Below are positions 47,227-57,649 of a stretch of DNA of 64,000 nucleotides, in pieces (positions within the stretch are counted from its first letter, which is position 1; each line of letters starts with the position of its first letter). A model generated the notes under the pieces. The model was not told where the DNA came from, did not search any database, and saw only the letters and a program-made list of their open reading frames with translations. A program made the position numbers and the translations under genes. The DNA is taken from the NCBI GenBank assembly GCA_964036045.1, contig OZ038379.1, forward strand, positions 58,342,001 to 58,406,000. Direction: 5' to 3'. Source of the DNA: Eutreptiella sp. 'Long Island Sound 2002' (lineage: Eukaryota; Protista; Euglenida).

Positions 47227-50200
47227 ATGTCTAAGGGTTCTTATGGGGTGGATTGCTACACAATGGGATAGCAGAAGGGTCCCAAGGGCACGTGGTTGGG
47301 TACCCCACACACACCCCACTTTCCATGCCTTTCTCTCAGGACACACTTACTGAGCTTGGCATGACCCTTACACGGCTAAGTGGCACTAAGAGTTTGCGCG
47401 ACCCATTGGTGGCGCAACTCCTAGGCGAGTGGGTGGCTGCATCCCCTTTGGCCAAGGCCCAATGGTCGGAGGCCACGGAGATGGGCCGACCCGCCCTTAA
47501 TCGCAAGAAGCAATTGGAGGCGGTGAAACAATACGCCTCCTTCCTCTATCCCGCACCCGACTTGCTCGGGCTCTTCATGGACTTGAACGTCGCAAAGGTT
47601 GGTTTCTTGGCCGTGTCGGAGTACATGTCCCGCCGGGGCGTTGCATACACCGCCGCAACAGGTTATCCGTTCTCCCGGCCCATCTCCTCACGGGACCAAT
47701 TCTCGGACACATGGAAGGAGATGGCCAAGCCCCTTGAGTTGCAGCCACCCGTGTCCGTTGCAAATCCCCCCACGAGTGGCGGCTCATGGCCGCTTCAATC
47801 TTGGGCGCGTTACGTCCAATCAGGGCCTCCACTTGCGGATGTCATCGATTGGTTGCGGCCTCTCATATTCCTCGTGCGCGGGGATGCGTACCCATGTGCC
47901 TGTGGAAGTTGGACCCAACTCTCTGTTGGGCTCCTCAACCATGGCGCACGGGGCCGCTCAGCCGCGTACTTGTGGGTGATTAGGATGGCTGTGTGCGGAG
48001 ATAAAGACATGGCCGCCCTTGCAAGGATTTGGGCCGAGAACCTGCAGGTTTGTGGCCCATTCGTTTTTCGTTTCTTTTTGCGTTCATATTTACGGGGTAA
48101 AGTCTAGATTTTCGTTAATATTAACTAAGTTTGTAGATTAAAGCTTAATATTAACCCGCATGTATTCATTGCAAATATTAACCCACTTTTGTTCTTAGGT
48201 TTGGCAATCGATCCACGATTGCAAAAAATTCTATGGGGCAACCCGGTGGGTGGCAAGAGAGCTGATCATTGGCGGACACCAGCCCTTCGTGCGACGTCTC
48301 ATTGGCGTCTCCATATCGCCCATGGTGGAGTCCATTTACAACATGGGTGTGTGGGATAAGGGTGCGGCGGCATGGGTGACCACCGCCACGCGGCGTACAT
48401 TGCGGGAGGAGGCGGCCGCTCGTATGCGCTACAAGGAGACCGGCCGTAGCTTGGACAATGGGGGATGCAAAGGAGACCCACACATTGTTGTCGACCGATG
48501 TTTGGTCTTCCTATGCATCCTCCATTGTTGCATCCGCAGAGGCCGCCTCCAAGTGGCCTTCATTGAGGCCTGCCTTGAGGCCCTTCTGAAGGACACCACT
48601 GAGGCCGTGCAATGGATCCTCTACCGCGCGTGTACGGGCGTCAAGTTGGGCTCTCCGGCCGCGCCCGACGGTGAGGAGTCCCGGGCGTTGTTCCTCACGT
48701 GGGAGGAGCTTGAGGCCCTATTGGCCTACGCCCCGGAGGATGGTGAGTGGCAAGCCGTGGTTGCCATGTGGGACCTCCTCGGGGAATTGCACTCCGACAA
48801 GACCCCCACTACGGACCTTCGTGTTCCGGAGGGTGCGCGCGCATACCGCGCCCATTGTTGCAAGGCCGGGTGCCAATCCAACTACGTCCTTTATTTGGAG
48901 GAGGATGTCACCACGGCCGTGGCCAATGTGGCGCGGTATGCGCGCGCGGTGTGCGTGCCAATTTCGCTGAGAGCCTCAACGCCATTCTCAAGTGCGCCTT
49001 CAACGACCACACCGCACGGGGGGGGGGGGGGATGCCGGGTGCGTCAGCCTTGCAACGCGAGGCCGAAGTGGTATTGCAAGCGTGGGAGTGGTGGTTCTTG
49101 AAATTCGACCTGCCACTCCGCACTAACGGAGCACCCCATAGTGCTCCCTGTACAATGGCCAAGCTCATGGCCACCCAAAGGACACCCCCTTCTACTCTTC
49201 TCCTTTCCCGCCCACCAGCACTTTTGCCCCCTTGCCATGGCCATATCGTCCGATGACATGAAGGTGGTGACGGACACCTTGACGTCTATGATGGGCGAGA
49301 ACAACGCAAACATGGTATGCTTGCTTGTAATTGCTTGTTTGCAACTCGGAGTTAATATTTGCGGCGGTGTTTTAATATTTGTGAGTTAATATTAACAGGT
49401 CGGTCTCACATTTCATATATGAATTAATATTTGCGTTCCAAATATGAACCCGTAGATATGAATATAAAAATAAAAAAATAAAAAACTTCACTTTCTCCGG
49501 TTTTAGATGCAAAAAGTGGAGGAGCGCCTTCGGCAAAGCCCTCTAGTAGAAGCTGTAGCAGTTCCAGCAGCACCAGCAGCAGCAACAGCAGCAGCAGTTC
49601 GGCGACCCTGGGACGAGGAGTCAAGTGGAAACTCCCCGGAAAGAAGACGACGAGAAAAACAAGAAAAGAAAAGAGGAAGAAGAGGGAGAGGGAGGAGAGG
49701 GAGAGGGAGAGGGACAGAGAGAGGGCCAGAGAGTCAGCAGGGGTGGCGGCAGGGGACCCAGTGGGGGGGGTTAAGGAAGAGGGGGAGGACGTAGTGGTGG
49801 ACGAGGCGGATGGGGAGGGTGGGGATAGTGGGGATGGAGAGGGCGATGTAGTTGAGACAGCCCCCCCTGCCAAGATCACCCTGCCCCCGTGGCTGGCCAA
49901 GGCCCTTGGGCCAGCCGCATCAAATTTTAACAGGGTCTGCACTGTAGCCAAGTCGGCCCAGGTCCCTGGCTAGGCCTGTGCCCCAGAGCACCCCGTTTTT
50001 CAGGGCACAGTAACATTACTATGCTTTGGGTTTTCCGCCGCCTTGTGCGCAAACTTTTGCGCAAGCACAGCTCAGGAAAGGGGGGGGGGCTGGATGTGGA
50101 GGCCTGTCATTGGTGCGCCCCTGGCACCACTGCCAAACCCTGTCAACGCTAGGGGGTTGCCAGCGCTGAATATGCTTAGAGACCCCCGCAACGTGGGGTT

Positions 50201-50537
50201 CCCAACGGGCCAATACCTTGTGCTACTGCAACACTGGTCCCGCTTGGGATGGGTGCACCTGTGGCACATGGGTAAGGCCTGCATGTGGACCCCACGGTGG
50301 GGGAACATCCTCACCCTCCCAACCCCCGTCTACTACCCGAGCCACGAGCGGTCGTACGCGGGGGACACGGGGACGCGCGGTACCGGGCTGTCGGTGACGA
50401 AGCCGGCGAAGCCGAGCAAGGCCCCGGCCACCTCGAGTCCATCGACACCGGTGGGGGTCGTTGAGGCCGCAGAGCTAATGGGGGCTCTCTCGGCAGCCAC
50501 CCACTTCCGAAGCGCTATGGCTGCAGTTCAACTTTAG
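47227..50537 (+). pseudogene. RAG1/Transib-like (CMC-group) DDE transposase gene with two GT-AG introns, inactivated
   Basis: Exon 1 ends at 48047 (CAG|GTTTGT), exon 2 spans 48199 to about 49314 (TTCTTAG|, G|GTATGC), and exon 3 starts at 49507 (TTTTAG|). Motifs are VRGDAY (D, 47883), IIGGHQPFVRRLIG (second D position mutated, 48277), CILHC, DGEESRAL and SNYVLYL...FAESLNAILK (E, 48969). Confidence 0.75.
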
Positions 50538-50647
50538 GCAACGCATCGATGTGCGGGGTATATGCCCACCTGATCAGTCAGTTAATATCTAGGACGTGGT
50601 AGTTAATATTTGTGAGTTAATTGTTAATTTTTGCGCCGACGGTCCAG

Positions 50648-51288
50648 ATGGGTGTAGACCCAATGCGGTCAATCCTTGAGGGGTATACACCCATCAAGGA
50701 TTCACCGCGGCACATGTAGACTAATGTAGACCCCATGCGGTGAATCATGGCAGGGTCTACACCCCTTAAGGGTCCATCCGAGCCCCTCTATATGGGTGTA
50801 GACCCCATGCGGTGAATCATCTGAGGGTCTACACCCTTCAAGGATTCACCGCAGCCCTTGTGGACTAGTGTAGACCCCATGCGGTGGATCATTGAGGGGT
50901 CTACACCCCTTAAGGATTCACCGCGACCCTTGTCGACTAGTGTAGACCTCATGTGGAGAGTCGTTGAGGGGTCTACACCCCTCAAGGATTCACGGCAGCC
51001 CTTGTAGGCTAGTGTAGACCTCACACGTTGAATCATTGAAGCGTCTACACCCTCCAAGGATTCACAGCAGCCCCTATACATGGGTGTAGACCCCATGCGG
51101 TGAATGATGCGATGGCGTGCACCCTCCGAGGCTTCAATGCAGCCCTTCTAGACTAGGGTAGACCTCATGCGGTGAATCGTTGAGGGGTCTACACCCCTGG
51201 AGGATTCACCACAGTCCTCGTAGACTAGTGTAGACCCCATGCGGTGAATCATGGGAGAGTCTACACCCCTTCAGAATTCACCACAGCC
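50648..51288 (+). repeat. 72-bp tandem satellite with interleaved inverted repeats
   Basis: GTGTAGACC anchor at 50868, 50940 and 51012. A single unit also lies at about 47022-47072, on the other side of the transposase. Confidence 0.95.
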
Positions 51289-51522
51289 CGGGCTAATTTG
51301 AGGTAATATGGGTAGGATCGTATCATCAATGATGTCAAGTCCTATTTTTGGCTCCTTCGTAGGCCCCCAAAGAACAGCCCTACCCATCTAAAAATCTTCC
51401 AACTATGTTTTTTCAGTTCCCCACCCTCAAAATGGGGGGGGGGTATCCTTACTTCGCATTGAAGAACCACCCGGTACCGCGCGAGGGGTGTCGGGGTAAG
51501 AACCCATAATCGCCATATATTA

Positions 51523-52648
51523 CTACACTCCTCTCCCCTTTAAAAACTACACCCCTCTCCCCTTAGAACTATCCAACAATAAGCAACTAGAAGCAACACT
51601 TCTCCTTTCCATTTTGGCCATTACTCCCTCTTATCACTTTGGGTTCTACTCTAGTGTAGCCATTCTAGAGGCGCGGTGGTGGCCTTGCCCAATCCAAGGT
51701 TTGAGCCAAAAACTCAAGGTTGCCACCCTGGGGTGGTCACGCCAAATCGAGACGTGCCCTCCCACAATTGTGCATTTTCTGTCCCAAAACAGGCTTTTTG
51801 GGGCCCAAAAATAGCCCTAGAATGCACTCAACAGGAACCAACAAGGGCTGCCACAATCCAACAAATGCCACAATCCGGGTGCGGGTTGACTTTACCGCAT
51901 CAAAGAGCCCTCTAGTGCCCTCTACCTCCACAATATGTCTCAGAAACGCCGCCCAAAAGGGGCGAAAAAGCCTCACAAACTACGTACGTTGGCCACTAAC
52001 AGCCCAAACCAAGAATGCGCCGTATCTTGGGCTACGTGGCGCAAAAACCAGTTTCGAAAGAACCTAATCATCCACCAATCCCCCACTTTTTGTGGTTTTG
52101 AAGCCTCAAAATCGCCCAGAAACGCTTACACCCTTGTGCTCATGGTCCCTTGGTGGAACTAGATGGCAGCCAGGGCCCCGCATAGTCCACGCCAAGGGTG
52201 GGTCTAGAAGGTCCCGAGAGCGAAAAAAAAATTTTCCCAGAATTGTTCCTTGAGCATTTGGGATGCTCAAACAATTGCTTTTAGCCCATTTGGAGCCAGT
52301 GGTGATGCGTTTTGGCCCGTGGAAAATGCCAAAATGCCTTCCAAATGAGCCGTTTTTGATCAACACTGGGTCAAAAATGGGTCACAAATGCGTTTTTGTC
52401 TAAAAATGATCCGGAACAATTGGGGTGCACAATCAAGTAAGATGAGCCCATTTTGAACCTGTTGTGAGCCATTTCTGCCCTCTAACGTCCCAGAAAGCCT
52501 TGAAAATGGGCCATTTCGTGAAAACGTGTCAAAAATTTGTTTTTCCAAAAAAATCCTAGAACATTTGGAGGTGCTCAAAGGGGACAATTGCTCCATTTTC
52601 AGTAGAGCTATGTTGTGGAGCCACGTGGAGTTGGGGAGATGGGTGTAC
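51523..52648 (+). mobile_element. 1.1-kb copy of the CTACACCCC TIR family without the gypsy insert
   Basis: TA|CTACACTCCTCTCCCC ... GGGGAGATGGGTGTAC. Confidence 0.75.
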
Positions 52649-52867
52649 ATTAGTGGTTATATATGATGTGGACCCCCTTTTGTCCTACGTCGCTGCGCGC
52701 ACTGCTGCTCAATTCCTGCGTACTGCTATGCCGTGTTGGCATACCACGGGGTTGCCAATTGAGGCTTGCAGGTGACAACCCGTATCTCGAACCCACGAGT
52801 GAGAGGAGGGGTTGTAAGGAGAGGGTCGGGGGGGGGGGTGATGGGAATGGGATCCTCCTCAGTGCTG

Positions 52868-52885
52868 CAGAGACAGACAGACAAC

Positions 52886-52923
<38 letters not shown>

Positions 52924-52926
52924 GGC

Positions 52927-52975
<49 letters not shown>

Positions 52976-52990
52976 GAGAGGGAGAGAGGG
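52868..52990 (+). repeat. Compound (AGAC)n/(AG)n microsatellite
   Basis: Seen directly in the sequence. Confidence 0.97.
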
Positions 52991-53459
52991 AGACAATGGT
53001 TCACGTTCACAGGCCACTTTGAATTTGGGCAACACCTCCCCATGTGATGTTGGAGGGCTGATTGTCGCTTGTACCGGGCCTTGTAACACAGCCCATTGCC
53101 GCCTTTGCAAAATGCAGCGTACCTGACCTGCAATAACAACACCTTACAGGCTGTACTGCCTGCAGCGGCCTTGGTGGGTGGTGTCAAGCCTCACAAAAAC
53201 ACCCGCCACAGGCCATTTTGGCGGGTGGCGGGTTGGTCTATTCAACACGTCTGTTTTTTGGTGTTTTTTTTGTGTTTTCGGATGTTTTTTGGCGTTTTTT
53301 GGATGTTTTTTGGCTACTTGTTGTGCCCATTTGCCCCCAAAAAGGATTTTTTCCATGGTTTGTTGGGGGTTGGGGGGTGGGTAGGCTTGGGGGCAGTGGG
53401 CGTCACACCATTGGATGGGTGGATTGTTTTGGTTTTTTCTGGAAATTTGGGTGTTTTTT

Positions 53460-54525
53460 GATTTTTTGGACAGCACAAGATGCTGCAGCAGGCCCATGTT
53501 TGGTGTCCTGTTTGTCCTAGTGCACTGAATGTAGTAGCTGAATGGTTGTTTTTATTTCAACCTGCCTTCTGCACAGTAGCTGTAATTCATATACCAAACC
53601 CTCCGGCCCTGCACGACACTACAACAACATGCAATGAACAAATCATGACGCCGAGCCTTCTCATTATGTAAACACGGTTTACATCAGCGCACTTGCAAAT
53701 CGATGACGGCGTCCATTGGGCTGGCTCCAGGCCATGCACCCGTTCTTGATTGCTGTCAGTGCTCAGAAATCAGGTGGCCACTCGCTCCCCTCCCGCTCTC
53801 GCACCTCAGCACTGTTGTGCTCTTGCCCCAGGCAAAAATTTGCCTCCCCCCCCAACTCCTCGCTATCGCTAATAGGTTGCGGGTCAGTTTTGCTATCGCC
53901 AATAGGTTGCGGGTTACTTTTGCGTCTCTTCACAGCTGGCTGCGGACGATGGTCTTGACAGTCCGCTGATTGAACGTCCTCTCCGTCCATGTCTGCAGAT
54001 TGATTCTGATCTTCACACAAGTCTGCAGACACACGGAAGAAACAGTCAGAAACTTGTCTGGCACTGCCTGCCGCTGGGCCGAGGCACGATACACACAGTG
54101 CAAACAGACGGGCACGCACAATCACAGACGCGGCATACACAACGTAGGCACTTGCCATGTTGTGTGCAGATCTCATGGGCGTCCTTTTGGCACGGCGTGC
54201 AACGCACGATTGCACCATGCAACTTCTCGTCACAACAGGCACATGGTGCGGAGATGGTGGAGAAGTAGGACGTCAGCGCTGTTGGCCTCAATTGAGCGGG
54301 TGCGTCCTCGGGAACCCGTGGCGGTGCTTCCCCAGGGTCTTTGTCCGTGAATTCCCAACCGTCACGTGTCTTTTGCTTTTCAGCAGCACGTGTGACTTGC
54401 GTACGGTATATCTTCAGTCCGTGCGCCGTTGTGAGGTAATCCGTTGCTTCAGTAGCACTGGAATACCGCGTCCATTGTCCGCCGGTGGGGCGCAGCCAAA
54501 TGGGGAGGCTGCGGGGGTTCGACAT
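53460..54525 (-). pseudogene. Degenerate TE-like gene: NUMOD1/IENR1-like motif, PHD-like finger and further Cys/His motifs
   Basis: CTCTCATAG|ACACCATG start. IWLRPTGGQWTRYSSATEATDYL...GWEF is followed by CACC-x10-CTPC-x4-HEIC-x5-CLRC. Frameshifts occur below about 54100. Confidence 0.5.
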
Positions 54526-57500
54526 GGTGTCTATGAGAGAAAAGAATGAGGGTGGAATGTAAGCTAATACCATATTGATTCGTGCTAAAGCTTTACTTCT
54601 AAAGTCGGTTCGTAACTTTTGTGATTTCGTACACGAATGCGCACATGCACAACCCATGCCCGTACCCTTCGTTTGCATTCCATGCCCATTCTCGCAAGCC
54701 TATACCGTCCCACTCTCTTCAAACCATGCCATGTCCCGAGCACCTGTAAAGGTACCTAATGAACCTGAAACAATTGTGTCATCCACACCTGATCCTATCG
54801 GGGTACCTGATGAACCTGTAGGGATCGAAGTGCGTTGCGTAAAACGCGTGCAGCAGGTAGATTATGCAAAAACAAAAATCAAAAGATGTGGTATTGGAGT
54901 GCCATGAAATTTGGTCACATGTGCTAAAACACACCAAAAAAAACACCAAAAAACACCGGAAAACAATGGAATACGTGGATTTTGGCCAAAAAACGGCGTT
55001 TTTTGCCATATGACGGGTGGCGCGACGGGTAATTAGGGGAGGCCTGGGTGGTGTAGACAACTTGGTTTCTAGAGGTGGGCACATTATTCTGCATTCGCAA
55101 ATGATCAAGTTGATTGTGCAGTGTCCATTTTCTCGTGTGCCTCCTCCTCCCGTGACAAATACAATTCCCAAAATTCTCCAAACCATGACGATTTGGGTAC
55201 CCGGTTGTAATATATGCTCGTTTTCATTGATACTACCACTGTAATGGTTCCTGTGCCATGCAGCTGTGGCAGTGAAGAAGAGTCAAAAAGAGTACATTGT
55301 CATGTCTTCTTGTCGCATCTGCGGAAGATATGATTCTGTGGGTTGTGTAATAATGCAGGTGGTGATGTGGGTGGTGGTGAGACTGGAGATCAGCTGTAAG
55401 AGGCAAAGGATTGCTGTTGGGAATTTGCCACATCCTCCAGCCGTTTCAATTATTGAAGCCCTGCGACGCCCCCTTAGCGGTCAAGCAAGGGCTCAGGCCA
55501 AGGGGGGGGGCGGCGGTGGCCGGGGCAGCACTCAAACATCACGTCAACAACAGTTGGGTGGACGGAGGATGTGCACAGGAACCTGCGGGGCTTTTGGTGA
55601 TGGGCATCAGTAATACTGAGCACCGGCAGTACACAGCACACCATCACTGGGATAGCTGACACCCGAGGGCAGCGCGATGTCTGTGGGCAGGGCCACATTG
55701 AGGAGGCAAGTCAGTAAGGGTCACGCATTTACACTGTGGGCGGGTCCGCCCTTGCGCATTCAGGCGGGCCAATCATGGCGGGGTGACAGTACATATTACG
55801 CTTCACCGTCACCAGAACCCCCAGAGCTGTGCCGATCAGGCTTTTGGGGCCGGCACGTTGGTGCAGGCCCTCCGCCGGTGTCACCGCTTTGCTTTGTTTG
55901 AATTGTTGGAGACACAGGCGCACAATACTTTACCATTGCGTGCTATCCACCCTTGTCCTTCCTGATGAAAGCACATCTGCCCGTCCGCCTGCTCGCAGCT
56001 GCGGAGTGGCGAATGGCGGACTGAGGGCAGTGTCTCGTCCGGTGGCAGAAATAGTAGTGCGCCACCGGGCGCCTTCCTCTGGACACCGGGCGCTGCAACA
56101 AGGCTCAATAACTGCACGCAGAAGGTGCTGGACGCACACACCGAAAGGGAAATGAGCGCAGGGTCACAACCGGAGCGCAGCGGCCGGTGGCGCACGGGAT
56201 TGACACTGGACCAAACGTGCTACTGATGTTTGGCAGGGCCACTGGTGTCCGCTGGGGATGAGCCCCGTGCCGTTTGCCAGTCCGTAACAGCTGCTCGTGT
56301 TACATCCACCATTCACTGAGGAAACAACTGCATCCAGCACACAACTCAGTGCGAATCTGGTGGTTGTGGCGGAGGCTAGTGGCAAGTCTGCACGTGACCC
56401 AGATTTTCTTGCGAGTTCTGGATGAGCCATCCGCTGGCTGACTGTACACGTCACAGTGCTGTGTCTCCGGAGGGCCTTGCCGGCGGTGCATGGGCCTGTA
56501 CTGCACTTCTGAGGGTTACAGGGTCACAGGGATTACAATACTTGCTGCTCAGAATTCTACTCTGAGTATCACGCGGCCGATGGAACGCGGTCACGAAAAT
56601 GATCCAGCGCCGGGGGTGCGCACCTAGGATACTGCACACCAGTGGACGTGCCCTGCAATTCGGCGAGGAGGGCATTCGGCACATGGTATCGCGGCGCAGC
56701 AGTATTTGAGGGTTGCGAAAGCAGTGGTGGTTGGTGGGAAACGCGGTTGGGCTGTTTGAGGATTCAGGGCAAGTGCTCAGCAGCTGGAGCAGAAGCAGGG
56801 AGGACTATGGCTTGGCTTCAGTACAGATGCTGTTTGGCCTTTCTGAGGTCCTCCGGCTTCTCCGTGCCAATGCTTCCGGTACTCCCAGTCACAGTGCTCA
56901 CGGCATGATGGTCCAGTTTGTCTGGGAAACGGTAACCGTCCATATCGCCGTTCAGCTCCAAAGGTGTTGCAGGCGGCATCCCCATCAGAGAGAACTCTTG
57001 GAGACTGACCGGCTCCAGAGGGTCCTCCTGCAGAAATATGGCAGAAGGCTGGAGCATTTTGTATGCAAGAGGAACATGGCAATCATGAGCACCTCACATG
57101 GGACACCCAAATTTAACTCCGACACTGTGTCTGATACTGTGCCCCATAATTGGACAGGTTTGGCCTGCGGACAATTTCAACGTGAAGAATTCAAATACAG
57201 AACGGTTCACCACCTTTGGGGCCCCGGAGCTGACAGTATTAGCCCACAAACCCAAACCTCAAAGGGGAAGGAAACCCAATCTAATCATATAATTCCCCCA
57301 ATCATTCTACTACTACGTCCACCATTTCTTTGTTGCACGATGTCAAGTCCGGCATCAGAGACGATGTGTTGGAGGCTGAGGATCAAGAACCAATCGATGT
57401 GTCCATGTAGACCTCAAATGGTCTTGTCCCGAAAATCTTCTGAACTGAGTCGCCCCAAACCCCAGAGGACTGAGAATGGACATTCGTCTTGTTGATGAAA

Positions 57501-57649
57501 CCACAGCGTGGACTAAGCAATGTGCAAGTTTGAGTGGGACATTGACATTGACAGTGCCCCATACTGGCCCGTCTAGAGGACTCAATTCATTGTTAAATAG
57601 CCAACAGAGTCTACACTACTAACATGGGTAGGTTTCTCTTCCAGCCCGT

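Noticed and set aside
38885-51288. CRISPR-like arrays (palindromic 61- and 72-bp repeats)
   Set aside because: The inter-palindrome sequence is conserved rather than unique spacer, there are no cas genes, and the context is eukaryotic.
47227-54525. ProtoRAG-like convergent RAG1L/RAG2L pair (transposase on plus, PHD ORF on minus)
   Set aside because: The PHD ORF has no kelch repeats and no RAG2-type PHD signature. It is separated from the transposase by about 3 kb of unrelated repeats, and no shared TIRs were found.
55900-57495. Possible host-gene exons (ORF 56713-57495 and minus-strand frames)
   Set aside because: No recognisable domain or consistent splice-phase chain, and in-frame stops interrupt the most protein-like frame.
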